The notes below the pieces were generated by a model, which worked only from the letters and a program-made list of their open reading frames with translations, searched no databases and was not told the DNA's origin. A stretch of 62,365 bases of DNA, counting the filler, from Hausera hauseri (taxonomy: Eukaryota): assembly GCA_046269625.1 (NCBI GenBank). It is 12 parts of 12 records of this genome, joined end to end, with 100 filler letters (N's around TTAATTAATTAA, not from the genome) between each part and the next. Parts side by side here need not be neighbours in the genome. Positions count along the whole stretch, not along the records: positions 9,018 to 14,106 come from JBJURY010339380.1; positions 14,207 to 19,514 come from JBJURY010283949.1; positions 19,615 to 27,133 come from JBJURY010009567.1; 9 more parts are not named here. The stretch is one strand, 5' to 3'. This document shows positions 12,815 to 25,379 of the stretch, in pieces; the first letter of the stretch is position 1, and each line of letters opens with the position of its first letter. The translations under genes and the position numbers were made by a program.

Positions 12815-13555
12815 TTGGATCTCCCAGAGCCTGATTACGTAAAATATAGAACAATTCCTTATAGACGTATTCAGAATGTCACAGATAACGATCTGGTCAT
12901 AGCTGCCGTTAATTTGGCCTATGACCAGTGGAATCAACTGCAGCCTATCGAAATATCGATTATAGACTTATATGGAAATACATTATTCTACAGCATCGTA
13001 TCTCCTCGCCAACGTATAAATAACTTCGACAGTCACATAACCGGTTTGGTCGAAACAAATATTGTCAATCAAATGGATCCCCCGGACGTCTACCGCAAAG
13101 TGACAGAAATATTAACCGATAAGATTGTTATCGGGGCCGATGTGGTCGAGATGATCGTGAATTATTTCAAGTGTCCCATACGCCGAATAGCCGGAGTTCG
13201 TGATGTCTTACATCACGAAGAGGTTATTCGGAAATAATAATTGTCAAATAACACTTTCAAAGAATTAGCCCGCAAATTTTATGATTGAAAGGGCTTTCCA
13301 TTACATAGCACCGCTCTGGTGCAATGTTACAAAACAATTTATCGCCAACTTAAATGGAACGACGAACTAATCTTAACTAACACGGCCTCCGATAAGGTGC
13401 GAACAGCACCCATAACATCCACATGTGGCAGAAACAGAAAGGTACAGGTCGATGTAACCGTGGTCATCGACGAAGTATATGAACCGGAATCTATTCGATA
13501 CAAATCTCGATCAACCGGTAAATTCGTCCACGTCCCATTGAGTTTAGATCAGTAA
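12815..13555 (+). pseudogene. REX4/ISG20-like DEDDh exonuclease fold, catalytic residues apparently substituted
   Basis: EISIIDLYGNTLFYSIVSP...NFDSHITGL...KIVIG...FKELARKF...HS follow the REX4/ISG20 pattern, but the ExoI DxE position reads NLA. ORFs 12815-13237 and 13319-13555 share one frame. Confidence 0.6.
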
Positions 13556-13588
13556 ATTCGGGGCAATTTCTTCAGTCCCCCATGAAGC

Positions 13589-14106
13589 TGTTTGACTGAC
13601 AGCTGTGACTCCAATTGAAAAAAATTAATAATCTCCTTAACAATCCAACAGATATTTATCGACTCATAAAACAACCCAACGAACATTTATCGATTATAAA
13701 ACAGCTGATAACCGACAGTATTAATTAGCAGAAGTGTGATTAAAATATGGTGTATATTAATTTTTATTACGATAACAGTTGTTTCATGTGTAATTATTGG
13801 TGATCAGAAAAACTATATATAGATTGATGATTAGAGAAATTTTTGTGAATTTTTGAATTTTTGAATTCATTTTATGATTTTCGACGTTTGAATGACATCA
13901 CGTAAGCCTATGTTATATTTCTTTGTTGTGTGTGATAAATATTTCAATATATAATTATTTTGTTTAGATTATTGTATACTTGTCAATAAATAAGTAAATC
14001 TAAGTAATTGGTCTTTTCTTCCCGTCCAGGTTAACCCTACCTGACGGGAGCCTGTCTAATAAATAGGATAATAAACAATAGTAATTAATTGCTAAGTAAA
14101 AGACTT
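13589..14106 (+). repeat. Putative 3' LTR of the Gypsy element, truncated by the contig end
   Basis: Non-coding AT-rich tract starting TGT shortly after the last ORF, with AATAAA and a hairpin. No canonical PPT and no partner LTR in the window. Confidence 0.3.
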
Positions 14107-14206
14107 NNNNNNNNNNNNNNNNNNNNNNNNNNNNNNNNNNNNNNNNNNNNTTAATTAATTAANNNNNNNNNNNNNNNNNNNNNNNNNNNNNNNNNNNNNN
14201 NNNNNN

Positions 14207-14445
14207 GATGGTAACAATTCTGTATCCAATGGTAAAAGCGGTAGTCTGCCAAACATTAACTCGAATGGCGAATGATTTGTACCCTTTGTAGGTGTTGTAT
14301 TAATTGCAAAAGCAGTGGTTTTGAGATGTAATTGCCAATCTTTCTGGTCATGTGCAACTTTCGTTGATAAAATACCTTGAATGGTCCGATTCATTCTTTC
14401 TACCATACTATTACATTGTGGGTGGTAGGATGTTGTCAATGTTGC
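14207..14445 (-). pseudogene. Gypsy integrase fragment from a different family
   Basis: TTSYHPQCNSMVERMNRTI...DWQLHL...AINTT...SPFELMFGR. Confidence 0.88.
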
Positions 14446-16749
14446 TGGTACAGGGGTTAGCTTAAACCTTAATTGATACCTAACATATAAATAAAATACG
14501 AGTACGAATTGTTTGGCTGGATTAAACCTTATCATGCTGTTTACTTCACTAGTTTAGAATGACTTGCCTCCGCTTGTCTCGCGTTGTCCGAAGGCTTGCG
14601 AGTTTCTCGTGTTCGTTCCGCACCGATTACATATAACACTTTTCTGGCATCCATGTTTTTTTTTAATTTAAATTTTTAAAGAATATGAGTTCTAATGCTT
14701 TAATCAGAATATTATGCGAAGTTATGAATAAGTTTGGTATAAAAAATTGAACACACGCGTGTAAATCCTACGATCGAATATTGAATATCCTGTACATTTC
14801 CGAAATCACCATACCATGAACAATCAACTCCAAGCAATCAGTAGACAAGCCGCACTAATGACAAGTACGCATTGCAACGGAGCATCATTTCCTTTTTCAA
14901 CTTGCGGTTACCACTCATTCTGATAAACGTCTTCATCATTGCCCTCTTAATCCTATCGAATCTATACTAGATACTATGGTCGAGACTATTATAGTAAATT
15001 ATTTTACAATTATCTAGTTGGGGGTTCATTGTTCAATGGAGTATTATACAAATCATACATATACTTAAGAGATGAAATTTAATAGTGTGGAGGATATTAT
15101 ATAAGAAAAGAATATACCAAAACTATGGATTAACGTAGGATGAATTTAATAAAATAACGAAAGTTGCCGCCTCGTTACATGCTTAATTTTGTGCGTAATC
15201 AATACTATAGACCTGTCTGATTCAATACCTGTCCAATCCAAATTCCATCGTATATAATGAGTATAGAGTGAAAACCTATTTCATACCAATATACACAATT
15301 TAACAAATTGATTGAGTACATTTATACATATATACACATATGTGAGCCTAATTGTGTATCTGCAACATGCGCACTATATCTGAGGTGTACTCAATACACA
15401 ACTAAACGATTAATGAATCAAGATAATAATAACCGCCCAATCATTTCTATGATAAAAGGAGGATTGCGCATTACAAGTTACCTTCAAAATTCAAATGATA
15501 ATAATTCCCGAATTATCTATCTCTCAACAGTCCAATATAGAAAACAATATACATTAATCTACAGAGTATCATAAAAATATATAAACATGTCAGAGGCATA
15601 ACTACAGCAAGTTCTCTGCTCTAATAAACGCACATTGACCAATCTTTCCGGTTTTATTCGTAACTTCTTCTATGAGATTTGTATAGTACAACATTGTCGT
15701 CCACGGACCGTAATTTTAACTTCTTGTGATTAATTTAAACGTTCAAATTTGATCATTTACCGATTCATTTATTCTCTCAATATCATTTAGGTTTCTAATT
15801 AATTAATAAACAATCATAAACAGACAATTCTAAAATACACGTCGAATTAATTTTATATCACCGATCTGAGGAGAGATATTACTACCCGAATTATAAAATA
15901 CACTATTCCATTGCACCCTTACCAGCACAGGGCTACATAACACCTCCCGAATCGAACAACTATCTCAGATATGTTCTCACAAACCGGTGTAATCCGGATG
16001 CTCCCGTGAAATCATTTGAGTTATCCATTTCCGTCTCTCTCTTTTTCTATTGGTCGAAGAATCACTAGAGCATAAATCCAGATCCTGCTATCCAACAGAT
16101 TTCTGAATTTATAGTCGATCATTGATGTCATATCAAACCGCAGAATTCCCGTTCAATCTTTCCGCTTGCTCTGAATCATCCGTGATCGTTTGCCAATGTT
16201 CCCACTCATACAAGTGTTCCAACCAGTATTCTTTCATAGGACGAACGCACAGGACACTTCCTGATGTCTATGTCACTCAACTCATATCGATCCATTCATT
16301 TGATGATTCTGTGACAGTAGCATCGATTCATCCGCTGACATGAACCAGAAATGAACCAATACTCAGCGATTTTTATTGTATATTAAAATTTTATTTTTAT
16401 AACAAAACATTACAAAAAATCAACCATTATAATTATTACCAGCATCAACGTTGTGATTCTCCAACTGTCCTGGGTATTGTGCTGCCATGATCTTTTCAAT
16501 CGAATAATATAGACTACTTTATCGACAATATTGAGTTCGAGGTTTTCCGGTTTTGAGCTAATTATATTTGATTATGGTTACGCAATGAATTCAACTACCG
16601 ATAATTGACCTGTCCAAATCGGTGAATTCTTCGAATTATGAATCGACTGCGCAATGAGTTAGATTGATTCTAACGTAAATTTTATTGCGTATTGAATGCA
16701 AGAGTGTGAGAGAGTTTTCGGTTTGATTTTGTGCTGTAATTTATACTTG

Positions 16750-17110
16750 CTGACTTCTATTTTGGGAATGACGTCATTTTAATTTTAAATCGAGTATCAT
16801 TTATGTAATATGACGTCATTCTATTTTTGGGTATTGCGATATCATATCGCTACTTTCTATTTTCGATATTGAAATTTCAAATATAACTGTACCGTGACGT
16901 CATGAATATTGAAATTTAAATATAATAATTCGTTTTATTCTCGATATTGAAATTTAATATAATAATTCGTTTCAACTTTACAATTCTGTGCATTTTTCAA
17001 ATTACAATTCTGTGCATTTTGAAATTTAACCTCCAACGCAATATCGCCATCCTCCACTTCCAGCACAATATCGCCATCCTCCATTTTTAAGGTTCACAAA
17101 TGACTCATAT
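16750..17110. promoter_or_regulatory. Cluster of short direct repeats and CRE/AP-1 motifs upstream of a pPolB
   Basis: TGACGTCA at 16769, 16811 and 16895; TGACTCA at 17101; repeated ATATTGAAATTT (x3), ACAATTCTGTGCATTTT (x2) and CAATATCGCCATCCTCCA (x2). Function is inferred. Confidence 0.45.
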
Positions 17111-17302
17111 TCAATCAGGAAAATAAAAATGCCTATCATGGAGGCTTTACATTGATTTTGAGCAAATCATAAAAAGTAAAATATCAAAAGTAGATTATCT
17201 CAATCAAAGTTGTTCACAATCAAAGTTTGTTGCTAATCAAAAGTTGTCAAAGTTAAGTTATCGAGTCAAGTTATCGACAAGTCTTTATTGATAAGTCTCA
17301 AC

Positions 17303-19514
17303 ATTTACCTGACTGGACGTTCTTTCATACCGACATCTGCATCCTTGAAGCAGTCTCTGGCGACTGTGAATGTACAAAATACTAATGACGAATACTGCTT
17401 CAGTTACAGCATTCTGGCTATATTGAAATATGATCAAGTGTCCAAACATCCTGCAAATTGTCCAAAGCAGTACAATAAGTATTTCTCAGAATTGCACTAC
17501 TACGAATGATGGATGCCGATGAAACTCAAAACCATTCCGGCTTTTGAACAGCGTAATCCGACAATAGCAATCAACGTGTTCCAATACAACACAATCGTAA
17601 AAATACCAGTAAACGAAGAGATATACAAAACCCACACGTAGATATAATTTAGCGCAGTCGGAACCCGAATGGACGCTCGGTAAAGTTGTTGCTGTTGGAC
17701 TAAGCAGATAAATTTCACTACGTGGCAGCAACCAATTTGGACAGACTGCTGAACATGGATCACCAACAATTCATCAAAAAGCGTATAAATTGTAAATGGT
17801 GCTTTACATGTCTGCATGGTTTCAGGTCAAAACGACATGGGAAAAACATGTGACACTGTGCAGACAAAATTCATCAGGGAAAACAATGTACGTCATGCCA
17901 GACAAAAAGGAACTGAGATTCATTGACTGGTCGCAAACAGACAGTCCGGCATATGTGGTATATGCCGATATCGAGGCACGCTTACCGCGGCACAACGTAT
18001 GCGACCAAAAGCACATTCCAATCATCGTCGGTATATTGGTTGTTTTAATAAAAGCCGCCGGACAACTGTAATATTACGTTTTTCATGGCTGGAACTGTAT
18101 ACACGATTTCGTGCAACAGTTGGAAACGATAGTGGAAACGGAAATCACACTGTGGTACAGTAACAATAACACTAAGCCCTTGATATGGACAGACAAATAT
18201 GAATCGCTGCTTTTCGCTGCCACCGATGAATATTACCTCTGCCAAAAAATATTGGCTTTTGATACACAGGAACGGCTCGTACCGGACCATGATAATTTCA
18301 CCGGTCGATATCTGGGAGCCGCATGCAACGCATGCGATTTAACAAGGCGATCTTGGTATGCGTGGCGGCATGACATTTGTCAACAAGCATCACGTAACCA
18401 GTGATGATACCACATCACTGTTGTATATTAACATTAATAACCTTTACGGCTGGGCGCTTTCACAACCCTCGCCGTACGGTTCATTCGAATGTATAGTCGA
18501 TAAAGAGGACCTGGACACAATACTGGAAAATCTGTTGAGAGCAGATACGACAACAGCAGAAAACAGCTCAATGGGATACCTGATGGAGGTCGATCTCGTG
18601 GCACCCGATGAGCTGCATGAAGTTTTAGACGATTTACAGGTCGCACCATTTAACTAATGTCTGCCGGGCTCAAAGGTAAAGAAGTTGCTTATGACGCATG
18701 AACTCAAGCAAAATTACATAGTTTATTAGCGTCTGTTGCAATTTTATATTCAGTTGGGTGTATGCGTCACACGAATACATCGCGCAATCCGATTTGCTCA
18801 GGTTCCCATATGCAAGGCGTACATATATGGAAATTTGGAAAACCAGCCGCAGCTTGTAGAAAGTTCGAAAAGGACTATTACAAGCTGAAAAACAATTCTC
18901 TCTATGAAAAGCAATGGAGAATCTGAAAAAGCGGCTCAATGTATGCCTACGCAACAGCGAAAAGCGGCTGGTTACGTATATTAGCAAGGCACAGTTTCGG
19001 CGGTCAATGCACATTGCCGATGGATTGGTTGCGTTGCTGTTAAACAGAGAAGAAGTCGTTCTGGAGCGATTAAGTTACTTCGGACAAGTGGTATTGGACC
19101 TAAGCAAGTTGCGGATGTATGAGCTACGGTATCATGACTTGGTACGTTACCGGCAAATGTTTGACGACAATGACATTTGTATATTTGCCGGTGACATAGA
19201 CAGTTTTTTCCTGCGGCTGAAAAAAGTCAATCGCGAACAGCTACTTCAGCAAATGTAGTCAAATAGATTACTGGACACGTCCAACTACCCACCGGATCGT
19301 CTATTGTACAGTAGCACAATCACCAATAAAATCTTCTGCTTAAAGGTGAAAGTGAATGCAGGGTTCAGTATTGGGAATGGATATTATTACGCCCAAAGTG
19401 CTACAGTCTTCGGACGGACAGTGGACCGAAAATTCTGGCAAAAGGAGTCCAGCTGAGACAGACGGAAATCGGCCACGGTAATTATCGCCGTATATATGAA
19501 GCAGCAGCAGAAGG
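17303..19514 (+). pseudogene. Protein-primed DNA polymerase B (family B copy), 5'-truncated with an internal deletion
   Basis: GRSFIP, DEYCFSYSIL, HYVAATNLDRLL, VYADIE, PDHDNFTGRYLGAACNAC, then directly MRGG, YININNLYG, GDIDS. Confidence 0.92.
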
Positions 19515-19955
19515 NNNNNNNNNNNNNNNNNNNNNNNNNNNNNNNNNNNNNNNNNNNNTTAATTAATTAANNNNNNNNNNNNNNNNNNNNNNNNNNNNNN
19601 NNNNNNNNNNNNNNCTCTTGTGGAGTTTGACGGATCAAAGGCTTTGGCTCTTTTGTCAGAACTCACCTCAAAGGGGATGTTATAGTCGAGCAAATTCTAC
19701 TCGAACTGCAACCGTTTCCTCCCGTCTTAGAAGTGGAACTCTGTTACTCGGCAGCGCAGTAAACAAGCTTGACTGGACCATCCGTTTATGTTCGTATTCA
19801 TATATTATAAAAGACACTCTAAATATATACTACCACATAAAATGAAAATTAAGCACGAATAACCGTGAAGTCAGTAGGTGTAAAAATGGGACCCGTTTAA
19901 ATCAAGCATCAAATTCTAAATTGATGTCAAATTTTCTGGTGCGGGAAATTTCATA

Positions 19956-20762
19956 TACACAGTGTATTCAAAAAGTTCCAGGACTGCCGCTCGTAAAACG
20001 GTACAAGTGGTGATAGCTCTATCCGACAAACAGTATCACGTGGAAACAACATTCAGCCATGTCTATACAAAGTTTCAGTCATTTCTGATAAGTTCAGACT
20101 TGTCTGCGTTCATTTGTATATAACGTTTCTTTGTTCTTGTCATCGGAGAAAATGGAGCAAATAACGAACATTAAAATTTGTTTTAAAATAGATAAATCGG
20201 CTACAGAGACGTACGAAATGATTAAATCTGCATATGGTGATGATGCTATGAGTCCTTCGCGAGTGTTTGAGTGATTTTCGAGGTTTAAAGCTTTAAGAGA
20301 ATCGACAGAAGATTACGAAAGATCGTGTCGTCCGTGTTCGAGTAGAAATTAGGAGAATGTTGACCGTGTGCGAGCGTCGGTGAGGTCAGATCGCCGAATG
20401 ACGATAGAAATAATTGCCGAGTCGTTAAAATTGAGTGTGGTATCAGGTTTTACGATCATGTCGGAAGATTTGAAAAAAGGGAAGCTCTGTACGCTCTTTG
20501 TGCCACACTCTATCACTTCCGAGCAAAAATAACACAGAATTTCCTCCTCCAAGGATTAGATTGCTATGTCCGATGAGGATCCCAATTTTTTGCAAAACAT
20601 TATCACCGGAGACGAGTCGTGGTGTCTCGAATATGATCCGCAGACAAAACGACAAAGTGCTGAATGGACAAGTCCTGAAAATAGCCGGCCGCTGAGAGTT
20701 TGCGCTTCCAAATCGGAAACCAAAACAATGTTGGTCACCTTTTTCGACAGTAGGGGCATCAT
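19956..20762 (+). mobile_element. Truncated mariner transposon (left TIR plus 5' part of transposase pseudogene)
   Basis: TA followed by TIR-like CACAGTGTATTCAAAAAGTTCC. MEQ..IKICFK...SATETYEMIK..YGDDAMS HTH region from 20152, then IITGDESWCLEYDPQTKRQS and FFDSRGI, where it breaks off. Confidence 0.9.
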
Positions 20763-22949
20763 GAAAAACAGTGGTCAGCAAAAAAGCCGAAAATGAAGGA
20801 CCTATAGCACCTTCAATTATTATATTTTCATCGGACCTTGTTATTTGTATTATTTATGATGATGAAAGATCCCCATTCAATAACAATAAAGTTCTGGCTA
20901 ATTGTCTAAAAAAGATCGAGGAGCTCATAAAACAGTTAATATTACGTTAACATCTGGTGAGCAAGAAGACGAATTAACTGAAATACGACAAACTTTGTCG
21001 AAGAATGAAGATGAAATTAAGAAGTTTACCCAGTGTAACCGACAAGTTAGTGAAGATTTGTTGTCCTTGGAAGGAGGTTCTAAAAATACTTAGAATAACC
21101 ATTCAAAATCCCATATTGTAGCTGCCGTTCAAGAATTTATTGCAAGACTGAAAACTGATATTGGAACAGCTCAGGAGAGAATCAATGCTTTAGCAAACGA
21201 ATATAACTGTTGTGCCCAACAAGGGCCTGGTTTTGACTTGTAAATATCCTGTTATTGTTGTTTTTATTTTTTTGTTATTTGATTTTGTATTTGCCGACGA
21301 GTTGATACACTTTTGTCTTTTTCTTTTATTCGGCCGTTTCTAACAAGATATTTGAACACTTCTCCAATTGGGGCGTATTCCATCACCAAACAGAGAGACG
21401 ATCTGTTTGAATTACTTCATACAATTTCACGATATTCGGATGACAGTTCCTTCATCATTGTTGGGACCCAATTGTCCAGTTGGGCAACCCGATCAATATC
21501 AAAGGGTTAAGTAGGGGTGAGAAATGGAAATAAAATTGTATATAATAAAAATTATATATATAGTGTATATATAGATGTGTATGTATGTGTATAAATGTAT
21601 GTGTGTTCATGTTGGTTGCACTGTGCATAAAAAGTTGTATAAAAATAAGGGTTGTTAAAGGTTAGATTGTTAAATGAGTGTGCGTGATATAAAAACAGTG
21701 TGCAAAATATGAATACATGACCCCTGGCAGGGTTCGGAAAACTGGGAAGGCGAGAGTGACCATGGTTCAACGAGTGTTGAGGTTCGTAGACGGTCTTTAC
21801 AAAACTATTGTTTTATAACTGAATGCAATGAATGAATCTAAGGAATCTAAAATATCAGAAATCTCAAAGGATCGGCCATGGACACCATCTTCAGACAGGA
21901 ACAAGCACGTCACTATGTAACTGTCGGCTACATTTTACTACATGCAATAAGTACGAATGGCCCCTTGATGAAAGACATTCACCCAATTTCGGGTCACAGT
22001 GTAACGATCGAGATGCAAGGTCAGACTGGTCGTATAACCAGAATAAATCACGAATTGCGTAAAATAATCAGTGAATCATAAATGGAAGTCCAAAGGACAT
22101 GGAATACAAAATTGTTCATTGGAGTTCCATGATTTAGGTGATGCAGTTAGAGATGTCAAAAGTAAAATGACGGTCTGTGACAAAGAAATGAAGGATATAC
22201 AAAATAAAATCAACTCAATAACTGAATCACAACAGAATAACGCCGAACATTATCAATCCGAAATAGAGGAGCGGTTGAATCTAATTCAAGACACAATTGG
22301 AGTAATGGTTAAGAAATATCAAAACAGCAAACCGTGTTTGTATGTGGAATATTGAAACTTAATTGGGCAAGATTATGACACACATTTACAAATGTATAAT
22401 GTAATTGCTTAAATACAGACTGTAAGCGTAAAAATGAATTATTGGAACTGTGATGTCTTGAAAAAATGATTGGAAATTTAAAATTCGTTTATCGTCGTCA
22501 TAAATAAATTCAGGAGTTGGTCGTGTATGTACAACATAATTTGTTAAAGACTGTTCGGAGATTAAGAGATAATGGGAAAATTTGAGTCGATGTATTCAGT
22601 CAGCTATAATGATGCCTACAGGAAATATGATGGTTATCTGTAAAAATTTTGTATTTTGTTTGAGCAACTTCAAAGTCAATTTTGTATTTAAATGTGTAAA
22701 GCAACAAAATAGCCGTCAAAACCAGAATGAACATGTACCATGTTGAATTTGAAGAGTACTCAATGACATTAACCGTTTTACTAACTTATATCGACCTGTT
22801 AATTTCCATGTCATAGAAGTGCAAGATGACTTTGTAAAGTTTTGTGTATATATGTGTTGATATATATAAATATAAATGTATATATCAATAACATATAATG
22901 TAGGCTGCTGTGGAAGCTGAATGAATAAAATCATTATTATATGGAATAA

Positions 22950-24460
22950 TTGAATAGAATTGAAATTATGAAATTGGTAATTAACGTTTACAAAGTCCTG
23001 TTACGGACAAAATCGGAAACGTTAATTTTTATGGAAATGGGTAATAAATTTAACGAAAAAGAGATGCCAATAGATGCGGGCAAATCCGAGGGCCATGCCT
23101 CTGGCTCCTCACCAAAAAATATGAAGTATTCGGGCCAGGAGAAGCTCAAGAAGTATAGACGATTCAAAATGTCCCAATCGTCTTATTTACAGAAACAAAT
23201 ACAAAATTCTGAAATGAATTGTTTGGAATTAAAAACATTAGAAATGGTATCTGTGTCTATATCTCAGCATAATTCTGAAGCTAAAACACATTTTAATGAT
23301 GAGAAAATATGTGGAAAAATTCCAAAACTCATTTGTCGAGATGCGTTTGCTTTATTTGGAGCTAAATTAAAAAATGTTCAAAGTTCAAATTTAATACAAA
23401 AATGGAAATCCGCTGATGTTTTTACGTTTGAAGTTAGGGTCAGAAATGTATCGAATACGAACGACTCTGATTTGTTACACAAGATCGAGTTCCATCAAAG
23501 GTCAAAGATCTGGCTACAAATTCCAGATGAATTGTCGAAGGAAATTGATAACAAAATCGTGCTACTGTATATAGAGAAAGATGAAACGTGCACCAAAAAA
23601 CACTTGATCATTCCAGGAACGTGGAAGGTATTTGTGTGTCGTATAAATAATATTGTTATTGGTTACTATTGTTCTTCTCGTTTGATGTGTCCTGCCAGTG
23701 GTTATGCTGTGTGTTCGCGTGAATGTATGTATGCTAAAATCCGTATGCATGCTCAAAGCCACAAAATTAATGGTGGAGAAAATCCCCCGGAGAGCAGCAC
23801 TCCGAAAACAATAGCTAGGAATGTTGAAAATTTTAAATTAGATGTTTTTTTATATAGATATATATTTGATAGGGGATTTCGGGGATTGGGAGAGAATTAT
23901 GAATTACACCTTATAAGGTTCGAATCGGATTTAAGGATATTCGGATCTGAAATAAACACATGTAATTGTAAGACAAATACATGCGTGTGTAGTATTCTAA
24001 TGAAAAAGAGAGACGATCTCGTAGAGAATTTTAAAATTAAAGTGTATTACTCGATTCGAAATCTTTCAATGAAGAATAAAAATGTGTGTATATCAAAAGT
24101 GAGATTAAATGGGCCCAGGAGGAAGATAATAAAGTTTACGCCGGGAAATGAGTTGGGGGTCAGATTAACAATTTGTTTAAAAAGATGGTGGCATGTACTT
24201 GATAGTGAACTAGTTGCGAGAGCAGCTGGTGATTTTGGATTTAAAGAAGATTTGGCGTCAATAGCATTGATGACAGCAACAGATTGTAGCTCTGTACAAA
24301 ATCTAATTATTGTGTTAAATCAAATGTAGATTCACCGATTGTACAATACAAATTACTTTAATACTGTTGAAAAGGTACGTAGTGAATTAACGAACTTGAA
24401 AGAGAAAATAATGGACAAAGTTAGAGACTGTCAGTTTATGTGTGTACTATGTAATTATGA
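22950..24460 (+). pseudogene. Large intronless ORF of a RING-terminated protein family (paralog of 203-608)
   Basis: 459-aa open frame. The TAG at 24327-24329 falls where the paralog has Tyr; translation continues IHRLYNTNYFNTVEKV...CQFMCVLC and then diverges. Confidence 0.6.
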
Positions 24461-25379
24461 ATAAATGAATACATTGACTTTTGTAATGTGTAACTCAACA
24501 GCTTCGTGGAGTTTATTTGGCCAATTTGTTAAAATGACTTTCTATGTAAATTCTCAATGTTGACACGTTTGTAATATAAATAGAACAACGTGTTAGACAG
24601 GTATATATAGTAGTATAATTTCATTTCACTCCGTCTCTCTACGTCTCTCTCTCTCTTTCTCTACGACAATAAATTTTTGTGAAGCAAACAATTTGAGTTC
24701 AGCGAGTCAGCCCAGATGAAACGATTATTAGGTTAGACCGGCCTGGTTGTACAATAGGTACAAGGTAAACTTTCTACAAACGCCTGTTCAATTGAGGTTT
24801 GCCAAGAAAATCAATGACAGTGATTTGGACGCGATGGAGGAAACAATGAAAAAACTCGAGAATGACTTGGAGTTGTCTAAAGTTATCCGAGATGCCTCCT
24901 TATTTTTCTTGGGGGCAATATTCGGAAAATTGTCCGTTCAAATGGAGAAGCACTAGCAGTATTGCCAGCTGAAGGAGCTAAAGGCTACAGGGAGATGATG
25001 TTCGTGAAATCCCTAATGTGGAAACTGGCAAAATTCAGTTTGATTTGACGTGATTTTGTGATTTGTGATTAATGCTTAATAAACTTATTTCCATTTGTAG
25101 TGTTAAATTGACTTTTTAACACTATATTAAAATTGAATTAAAACTAACGTTTTCTTAGTCATCATTTAATATGAAGAAAATTAAATAACTATATAAAGCA
25201 GAACGAAAAAGTCGGTGAAGAAAAATACATTATTGTGACATAACAAAAATAAGCAATAAAATTACAAAATATTAGTAATTGTCACAATGTACAAATGACT
25301 GTAACTGGATCACTGAACTGTCTGCCTCGAATCGTCGGAGCACATATGGAGTTACGTGTATGTTTGTGTGTTATTTCAA

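Noticed and set aside
14600-16700. Decayed minus-strand coding-like sequence
   Set aside because: It looks like former ORFs, but no family motif could be recognised.
20800-22360. Coiled-coil-like short ORFs
   Set aside because: They are fragmentary with no diagnostic motif; host exon and element cargo cannot be told apart.
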